DNA from: Candidatus Heimdallarchaeota archaeon
Lineage (GTDB): Archaea; Asgardarchaeota; Heimdallarchaeia; Hodarchaeales; Hodarchaeaceae
Assembly (NCBI GenBank): GCA_048881705.1
Contig: JBHLSH010000084.1
Location: forward strand, 1-15,858
Reading direction: 5' to 3'
DNA: 15,858 bases
Under the pieces are notes generated by a model, which ran no database searches, was not told where the DNA came from, and saw only the letters and a list, made by a program, of their open reading frames with translations. The position numbers and the translations under genes are program-made. Below, in pieces: positions 1-6,320 of the stretch. Each line of letters opens with the position of its first letter. Within the stretch, counting starts at the first letter, position 1.

Positions 1-247
1 GCGTACTAACTGCAAACGCCACATCAGGATTTGAAAATCCTATATTACATGTCCAAGCTTGGGAAGTACAATCAAGGTATTCTTTTCCACTTCTATCCTC
101 TAGGTAAGGCCCCGTTCCAGAAACTAGCAGTTGTGGATAAAAGGGAACCAGACTGTGTTTGGTTGCATCGCTTATTTCCTTGTTTGAGATATCACTAATC
201 CAGGAGAGGATCTCTTGGTCAGAGAAGAGTCGGTCTTGATTGGGCAT
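1..247 (-). CDS. Class-III (PLP-dependent) aminotransferase, N-terminal 82 codons; gene continues beyond the left edge
   Basis: Not in the ORF track. Manual translation from ATG at 247 on the minus strand is open to base 1: MPNQDRLFSDQEILSWISDISNKEISDATKHSLVPFYPQLLVSGTGPYLEDRSGKEYLDCTSQAWTCNIGFSNPDVAFAVST. The segment G-x-G-x-YL-x-D-x-SGKEYLD...NIG-x-x-NP-x-V fits the class-III aminotransferase N-terminal pattern (G.G.yl.D.dG.eYlD...nlGh.hP.V). Confidence 0.88.
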   Translation of the reverse strand, partial: MPNQDRLFSDQEILSWISDISNKEISDATKHSLVPFYPQLLVSGTGPYLEDRSGKEYLDCTSQAWTCNIGFSNPDVAFAVST

Positions 248-270
248 CTATTCTCGCCTATCTTATTCAA

Positions 271-284
271 TTATAAAATTATAA
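271..284 (-). promoter_or_regulatory. Putative TATA box for the aminotransferase gene
   Basis: TTATAA-AA-TTATAA (two TTATAA copies at 271-276 and 279-284), 24-37 bp upstream of the ATG at 247, in a 46-bp AT-rich gap. Confidence 0.45.
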
Positions 285-293
285 ACCTTAAAT

Positions 294-671
294 CTAGTCT
301 CGTATTCTTTCTTTCATTGCGAAGGGGATATCACCATATTCTTCCGTCAAAAGTCTCACAAACCTTATTTTGTACTTGTCTGAAGGTAAAGAGGTTGAAC
401 GCTTGAATTTCAGGGTCGCCAAACTACCAACGACAAAGGGAGCGGGCCTTTGTTCAGAAATCTCTTGATTGTGAATCGTTGATTCTCCCATATCAATCGT
501 AAAATCTTTGTAAGTCTCCTTACCGATCGCCTCACTACTTAAAACAACTTTGATAGGTGCTACTATCGTAGCATCGCTCAGGGAATTCTTCATCTGACAT
601 TCAAAGCCATCTGGATTGTTCTTAAGGGATTTCTTTACGAAAAGCTGACGAAGCAAATCCTCATTTACCAT
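294..671 (-). CDS. Small conserved hypothetical protein (L-x-x-L-F/Y-V-K-x-S-L-K-N...GF type), predicted beta-rich
   Basis: 125-aa ORF with a good RBS (AGGTGA just upstream of ATG 671 on the minus strand). LLRQLFVKKSLKNNPDGFECQMKNSL resembles, from memory, an uncharacterised ~110-125 aa family in Thermococcales and Chloroflexota. Function unknown. Confidence 0.75.
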   Translation of the reverse strand: MVNEDLLRQLFVKKSLKNNPDGFECQMKNSLSDATIVAPIKVVLSSEAIGKETYKDFTIDMGESTIHNQEISEQRPAPFVVGSLATLKFKRSTSLPSDKYKIRFVRLLTEEYGDIPFAMKERIRD

Positions 672-726
672 ACCGGTTTCACCTATACTTTCTACATATT
701 TAGCAGACGGCTAGTTGTTATGCAGG

Positions 727-738
727 TTAAAATTTTAA
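727..738. promoter_or_regulatory. Palindromic AT box, possibly back-to-back TATA elements of a divergent promoter
   Basis: Perfect 12-bp palindrome TTAAAATTTTAA midway between the divergent starts at 671 (-) and 798 (+). Confidence 0.4.
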
Positions 739-797
739 AACCCCTCCGAACATCTGCAATTTTATCTTTACGAAGCAATCAAGTTTCAGGTGATTTC

Positions 798-1118
798 ATG
801 TTTATTGCATGTGTTACGGTTTATGTTAAACCAGAATATAGGGACAAATTCATAACTGCCACAATAGAAAATGCCCAGAGTACACGTACGGAGGAACCGA
901 ATAATCTTAGGTTTGATTTCTTAGAGTGTGACACCGATCCAAACCGTTTTTTCCTTTATGAGGTCTTCACTGACGAAGACGCAAGTGCAGAACATAAAAC
1001 TACCAACCACTATTTGGAGTGGCGAGAAAAGGTAGAGGTGATGATGGCAAGAAGTCGTGAAGGAGTCATTCATTCCCCGATATTTCCAAAGAAAAATGAC
1101 GCATTTCAAGCCAGATAA
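798..1118 (+). CDS. ABM (antibiotic biosynthesis monooxygenase-like) domain protein, LsrG-like
   Basis: MFIACVTVYVKPEYRDKFITATIENAQSTRTEEPNNLRFDFLECDTDPNRFFLYEVF...HKTTNHYLEWREKVEVMM matches the LsrG/YgiN ABM pattern (V.VKP...F...EP..LRFD...DP.RF.LYE.Y...H..T.HY..W). Start moved from 720 to ATG 798, which follows an AGGTGAT RBS. Confidence 0.88.
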   Translation: MFIACVTVYVKPEYRDKFITATIENAQSTRTEEPNNLRFDFLECDTDPNRFFLYEVFTDEDASAEHKTTNHYLEWREKVEVMMARSREGVIHSPIFPKKNDAFQAR

Positions 1119-1135
1119 TATCATAGGGATTTGTT

Positions 1136-2317
1136 ATGCGGTTTGAATTCCTTCCTCTCCCTCAAATTATCTTTGGAGTGCAGCGTTTAAACGACATGAG
1201 TAATATCCTTCCTGATTATGGAACCAAATTCCTTCTGGTTGGAAGCGCAAGTGCCATTCAGGCCGCAAGGGAGATATGTTCGTTTTTTGACGATGTAATT
1301 GACAAAAGAATGGTTTTAGAGACTCAAATCGTGAAAGGGGAACCCACTGTTCAATTCATAGATGAGGGTGTCACCAAAGCAAGAGAACTCGATATAGACG
1401 GCGTCATCGCGATGGGAGGAGGAAGTGCCATTGACACAGGAAAAGCTGTTGCAGGGATATGCACCAATGGGGGATCTGCTCGCGATTATATGGAAGTCAT
1501 TGGAAAAGGTTCCAAAGTAAAAAAATCACCATTACCATTTATAGCTATCCCAACAACTGCTGGAACTGGGAGTGAGGTTACAAAGAACGCAGTAATCCAT
1601 GCTAGAGATGAAGAACTTAAGGCAAGTATACGCAGCCCATTACTTATACCAAAATTGGCGGTTCTCGATCCAATCATCTTAACGTCTGTACCGCCTTCAG
1701 TAACGGCATCTTGCGGAATGGATGCGTTTACACAATTGGTGGAAGCCTTTACCTCGAAACATGCTCATCCTTTGACAGATACCCTCGCATTGGCAGGGAT
1801 AGAGAAGGTTCGCAAATCATTGGTAAGATCCTACACGGATGGCAAAGATCTTCAAGCACGCTCTGATATGTTATATGCTTCACTCCTCAGCGGTATATGC
1901 CTAGCCAATGCAGGGCTTGGTGCGGTTCATGGATTCGCCTCCCCGATGGGAGGATTCGATATCCCTCACGGCATGATTTGTGCTTCTCTTCTCGGGTCAG
2001 TAATCGAAATAAATTTACAGGAAATAACAGGCAGTAGGAGTCCAAATAGTAATACCCTGTTAACCAAATATCTACTCCTGGCCAAGGCCCTCCTACCTGA
2101 GCTTTCTGCATCTGAGGCGGATACCTTAACACGCCTTGTCAGTTTTATTAAAGACATGGGTCGTGAACTGAATATCCCAACGTTATCTCAATTAGGAATT
2201 AACACCTCTGATTTCCCCAGTCTCGTTGAAAAAGCTAAAAAGACCTCAAGTATGAGGTATAATCCGATTGAGCTGAACCAGAAAGCGCTATTTAGGATTC
2301 TCGAGACAGCTTATTAA
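1136..2317 (+). CDS. Iron-containing (family III) alcohol dehydrogenase
   Basis: GGGSAIDTGK, AIPTTAGTGSEVT, GMDAFTQLVE, GLGAVHGFASP and IPHG motifs. Starts 17 bp after the ABM gene, so probably the same operon. Confidence 0.95.
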   Translation: MRFEFLPLPQIIFGVQRLNDMSNILPDYGTKFLLVGSASAIQAAREICSFFDDVIDKRMVLETQIVKGEPTVQFIDEGVTKARELDIDGVIAMGGGSAIDTGKAVAGICTNGGSARDYMEVIGKGSKVKKSPLPFIAIPTTAGTGSEVTKNAVIHARDEELKASIRSPLLIPKLAVLDPIILTSVPPSVTASCGMDAFTQLVEAFTSKHAHPLTDTLALAGIEKVRKSLVRSYTDGKDLQARSDMLYASLLSGICLANAGLGAVHGFASPMGGFDIPHGMICASLLGSVIEINLQEITGSRSPNSNTLLTKYLLLAKALLPELSASEADTLTRLVSFIKDMGRELNIPTLSQLGINTSDFPSLVEKAKKTSSMRYNPIELNQKALFRILETAY

Positions 2318-2439
2318 ATCAGGAACTTACTTCTTTCGATCTAGGTGATTAAATTATCATTGGGTTAATCTCATGATCGTAAAGGCGTCGACAAGCGCTT
2401 CCCATTTGATGTAAAGGATACGATTTGATTTTATTTAAT

Positions 2440-3621
2440 CTAGAACTCAACAGGATTCCCATCCCACATACAGTGGAAAATCCTTTCCACATCTTGATAT
2501 TGAATTTCACGGGGATTAGATAAAGATCCAGTGTCATTAAGTGCATTCTTGACGAGAGTTTGCAAATTCTGCTCAAAAGATTCACGTGAAATTGACATCT
2601 CGTTTAAGGAGATCGGGAGGTGACATTGTATCAATTTTGCCTTAAATGCACTGATAAAATCTTTAATTGTCTCGTCTCGATTAGAAGCGTGAATGTTAGC
2701 AATTTCTGCTAATTCAGCAATTCGGTTCGCTGCCACTTCTCGATTGAACATCAGGGAATACCAGCCTGAGGCCCCTACCAGTAAAGCATGAGGGAGTCTA
2801 AAAACACCCCCCAAAGCGTGGGCCAATGAGTGAGTTAAAATTATTTGGGAATTACTCATACCCCAGCCAGCCATAGTTGCAGCATGATGCAGTTTTTCCC
2901 TCGTTTTTGGATCAACAGGATCCCCCCGAGCGGCCGGTTCATAGACTTCCGTCAGATTTTCCCACCCTAGTTTGAAGGCATGGCGTAGGAGAGCGTCACT
3001 GAAATCGTTCTGCCAAGTTGACAAATAGCCGTCGATGCTGTGACACAGCGCATCAAAGCCGGTTCCGGCTATCATATGCGGGGGCATTGTTGCAGCGAGA
3101 CCTGGATCGAGAATAGAAATATCCGCCACCAACTCACGATTAGCAAGGGAGATTTTCAGGTTTTCATCTGTATCTTGTAGCACAACGGCCCAGGTCACAT
3201 CGGAACCCGTGCCAGAGGTTGTAGATATGTTTATCAACTTTGCCTTGGTTTTCTTTCGTAAATGAATAGGTTCTAGAGGATTTAATGCTCCGATATCTGT
3301 GTCAGGGTTTGCCCACATGAACCACATTCCTTTGGCTGCATCCATCACCGATCCGCCTCCTAGTGCAATAATGACATCCGGTTCCGCTTCTGCAAGTTTT
3401 TTGGCTCCATTCCTAACTGTTTGAATAGTTGTTTCGCCCTCAGGTAGCTCATCAAACACCGTGATCTTGGTTCCAACCAGGTTTTTAGTGAGGGTTTCCA
3501 GATGCAGCTCTCGCATCAATGGATCAGTAACCACGAAAGCATGTTTGATATGTCTCAACAATAAATAGCCAAGAGCATCTTCCCCCAGAATGACATGTCT
3601 AGGACTCGTAAAACTCCACAT
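2440..3621 (-). CDS. Iron-containing (family III) alcohol dehydrogenase
   Basis: VVTDP, GGGSVMDAAK, ISTTSGTGSDVT, GFDALCHSIDGY, LTHSLAHALGG and LPHA motifs; the full Asp/His/His/His metal ligand set is present. Starts 18 bp after the SCP2 gene. Confidence 0.95.
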   Translation of the reverse strand: MWSFTSPRHVILGEDALGYLLLRHIKHAFVVTDPLMRELHLETLTKNLVGTKITVFDELPEGETTIQTVRNGAKKLAEAEPDVIIALGGGSVMDAAKGMWFMWANPDTDIGALNPLEPIHLRKKTKAKLINISTTSGTGSDVTWAVVLQDTDENLKISLANRELVADISILDPGLAATMPPHMIAGTGFDALCHSIDGYLSTWQNDFSDALLRHAFKLGWENLTEVYEPAARGDPVDPKTREKLHHAATMAGWGMSNSQIILTHSLAHALGGVFRLPHALLVGASGWYSLMFNREVAANRIAELAEIANIHASNRDETIKDFISAFKAKLIQCHLPISLNEMSISRESFEQNLQTLVKNALNDTGSLSNPREIQYQDVERIFHCMWDGNPVEF

Positions 3622-3639
3622 ATTCGTCTCTCTTCTGCC

Positions 3640-4053
3640 TTAAAAAAATTCCGTGTTTTCTACTAAGGTGGTTGACTTGACTAATTCCAATGCTGCCTTT
3701 GTGGCTTTCATAACCTTAGCCATATTGCCTTTAAGCCTGAATTTCTGTTGCAGAAGGCCTTTAATTGGTCCAATCTCACCCTGCAACAATTTCACCCAAT
3801 TTCCATAGGGTCCCTTATATTCAAACTCCACATTGTCGGGAGCGGGATTATCTGGCGTTACAAACCAGGCTCGTCGGCATTTTCCATGCCATAGATCGCA
3901 ATAGAGCATAACCGTTTCCTCCAAACCTGCGTCTGCTTCAAGGATAAATAAAAAATCACCTTCCCAGGTCTCGGCCGCTTGTTGATAGGCCTCGTACTCA
4001 TTCAGGGTCTTTACCCACAGTTTTACCCACTCTTCACTTGGAAACATAACCAT
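3640..4053 (-). CDS. SCP2 (sterol carrier protein 2-like) lipid-binding domain protein
   Basis: FPSEEWV...LNEYEAYQQAAETWEGDFLF...DLWHGKCR...YKGPYGNWVKLLQGEIGPIKGLLQQKFRLKGNMAKVMK is the pattern of stand-alone prokaryotic SCP2 proteins. Likely start at ATG 4053 or 4047 rather than 4083. Confidence 0.88.
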   Translation of the reverse strand: MVMFPSEEWVKLWVKTLNEYEAYQQAAETWEGDFLFILEADAGLEETVMLYCDLWHGKCRRAWFVTPDNPAPDNVEFEYKGPYGNWVKLLQGEIGPIKGLLQQKFRLKGNMAKVMKATKAALELVKSTTLVENTEFF

Positions 4054-4230
4054 GTAGATCAATTCCGTTAGATTCAAAAGCATAGACTATTCATTACAGT
4101 ATGAAAAGCGCCTCGCAATTGTTTTAAATAAGCTCTTTCCCTATCATCAACCACAATTAAGATTAATGCAAGGATCGCTTGGCCTACAATACCCTGATTT
4201 ACTCCCATTGCAAGGTCGGTGAAAAATATT

Positions 4231-6102
4231 ATGTACGGATACATGGGTAAAATCCTGCGAGTGAATTTGACGTCAGGAACCATCACTGAAGAGTTTCCTG
4301 ACAAGCAAACGTTACGTAATTTCTTAGGGGGCGCTGGACTAGCAACCAAATACTTATATGAGGAGGTGCCTCCAAATACCGATCCTCTGGGCCCTGATAA
4401 CAAATTAATCTTCATGACGGGCCCGCTTACGGGAACTCCAAGTCCAAGTACAGGAAGGTTTTCAGTTGTAACGAAATCGCCATTAACAGGTCTATGGGGG
4501 CAGGCGAATAGTGGCGGCTTTTGGGGACGAGATCTGAAACGTGCAGGATTCGATGGGATAATTTTCGAAGGTATGTCAGAAAACCCCGTCATGCTTGTTT
4601 TAGATGAAGGTAATGCGGAATTAAGAGATGCTTCTCACTTGTGGGGTAAGATTACTTCTGAGACCACTAAAACCATTCAGGAAGAGCTGGGTAATGACTT
4701 TAATGTTGCGTGCATCGGACCTGCAGGCGAAAATTTAGTAAAGTATGCAGCGATTATGAATGACGTGAAGGACGCCAATTGGGGCAGGGCCGCGGGACGA
4801 TGTGGGGTTGGAACCGTCATGGGATCTAAGCGGGTGAAAGCGATAGCCTGCAGAGGAAAGATCAAGATAAACGTGGCCGAACAAGAAATCTATCGAAAAG
4901 AAGCGAAAAAACGAGTAGAATGGGTAAACCAGTCCTTACTGAAAATGACCTTAGAAGTGTATGGAACAGCGGGAGTTCTCGATTTAGTGAACCAACGTGG
5001 CGGATTTCCAACCCGGAATTGGCAACTCGGAGTTAATGAACATTCCGAGGAAATCAATGGAGAGGCCATTAACGAAAATATCCTTGTAGAGCGGAAAGCA
5101 TGTTATGCATGCCCCATTGCTTGCGGAAGAATATCAGATATACAGTTAGAGGGAATGGGCAAAAAAGAACGGGGCGAAAGTCCAGAATATGAAGCTTTGG
5201 GCGCTCTGGGTTCTATGTGTATGGTTCATGACCTTGAAGTTATCACCAAAGCTCAGTTTCTTTGTAACGAATATGGTCTCGACATTATTTCAGCAGGTGG
5301 GACGATTGCGTTTGCAATGGAAGCTTTTGAGCGCGGAATTCTATCCAAAGAAAAAACAGGTAACCTCGAAATAGGATTTGGAGACGGAGGGTTGGTTCTG
5401 GATCTACTTCATAAAATTGCATATCGAGAAGGAATTGGGGATTTCCTTGCAGAGGGATCTAGATTATGCGCGCAGGAGTTAGGAAATGGAGCAGAAAGAT
5501 TTGCCATGAATGTTAAGGGTCTTGAACTCCCTGCCTACGATCCCAGGGCTTCAAAAGTTACGGGATTAGCATATGCTGTTGCTAATAGAGGTGGTGATCA
5601 CATGACCGCCTTTATTGAGGGTCCCGCTTTCCTTTCGTTACCATTTCTTATCGTAGAGGATGCAGAACTAGGAGATGACCTCACAGAGAATACCAGCGAC
5701 GCTTTGGTTCTGAAACAGTTCGAAGACGCTTTTCAAGTATTTGATGCGCTATCAGGATGCAAATTCATGGGAATGGTACTCACGGGGCACGATTGGGCTG
5801 TCTTAATTTCCACTCTTCTTGGGGAAGACTTTTCAGAGGAGGATTTCAGAAAAACTGGTGAAAGGATTTACAACCTGGAACGCCTATGGAATAATCGGGA
5901 AGGGTTGACTCGCGCTGAAGATACACTCCCTACACGCCTTCTTGAAGATCCCTTATCTGATGGTCCTGCCCAAGGTCAGGTCGTAAACCTTGAACCGCTC
6001 TTAGATGCGTATTATCAATATCGTGGATGGAATAACAACGGGATTCCTACGGTCGAGAAACTCCAAGAACTCGATCTTGAATGGGCGGATCTTTCAGCGT
6101 AA
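4231..6102 (+). CDS. aor: Aldehyde:ferredoxin oxidoreductase (tungstopterin/4Fe-4S AOR family)
   Basis: MYGYMGKILRVNLT N-terminus, LGGAGLA, KSPLTG..G.ANSGG, GPAGENLV, RAAGRCGVGTVMGSKRVKAI, 4Fe-4S motif CYACPIACG plus distal GCKF, PEYE, KGLELPAYDPR, YYQYRGW. Start set at ATG 4231, 8 bp after the GGTGA RBS at 4218-4222. Confidence 0.97.
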   Translation: MYGYMGKILRVNLTSGTITEEFPDKQTLRNFLGGAGLATKYLYEEVPPNTDPLGPDNKLIFMTGPLTGTPSPSTGRFSVVTKSPLTGLWGQANSGGFWGRDLKRAGFDGIIFEGMSENPVMLVLDEGNAELRDASHLWGKITSETTKTIQEELGNDFNVACIGPAGENLVKYAAIMNDVKDANWGRAAGRCGVGTVMGSKRVKAIACRGKIKINVAEQEIYRKEAKKRVEWVNQSLLKMTLEVYGTAGVLDLVNQRGGFPTRNWQLGVNEHSEEINGEAINENILVERKACYACPIACGRISDIQLEGMGKKERGESPEYEALGALGSMCMVHDLEVITKAQFLCNEYGLDIISAGGTIAFAMEAFERGILSKEKTGNLEIGFGDGGLVLDLLHKIAYREGIGDFLAEGSRLCAQELGNGAERFAMNVKGLELPAYDPRASKVTGLAYAVANRGGDHMTAFIEGPAFLSLPFLIVEDAELGDDLTENTSDALVLKQFEDAFQVFDALSGCKFMGMVLTGHDWAVLISTLLGEDFSEEDFRKTGERIYNLERLWNNREGLTRAEDTLPTRLLEDPLSDGPAQGQVVNLEPLLDAYYQYRGWNNNGIPTVEKLQELDLEWADLSA

Positions 6103-6260
6103 TCATTTACGGTAACGATCTTGTGTTCCTTTCTCCAGGTGCGCTTAGAATATTTGGGAAGCACCCGGCATTTAATGTGATAATACCCCCATCACAGAGA
6201 CTTATCGAATTCGCACAGGCAGTTTATTAATCTGGAACTTCGACATTGGTGTTTGGGAAC

Positions 6261-6268
6261 TTTTATAG
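6261..6268 (+). promoter_or_regulatory. Putative TATA box for the VWA gene
   Basis: TTTTATAG about 55 bp upstream of ATG 6321, in a 218-bp intergenic region. Confidence 0.3.
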
Positions 6269-6320
6269 TAGGGATCGGATGAGCTTCATAGTGTAAAGAT
6301 CGTGGAGCTATCTTGCCAGG

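Noticed and set aside
215-406. 63-aa plus-strand ORF
   Set aside because: Antisense to the aminotransferase start and the 294-671 gene; no recognisable motifs.
720-797. 26-codon N-terminal extension of the ABM gene given in the ORF track
   Set aside because: It covers the AT-rich palindromic promoter. ATG 798 has a proper GGTGA RBS and matches the family N-terminus.
921-2585. Short ORFs 921-1124, 1486-1677, 1887-2132, 1966-2157 and 2349-2585
   Set aside because: All overlap strongly supported ABM or ADH genes on the opposite strand; treated as shadow ORFs.
4074-5374. ORFs 4074-4592, 4677-4865 and 5189-5374
   Set aside because: They overlap the clearly real aor gene (antisense or out of frame) and carry no domain signal.
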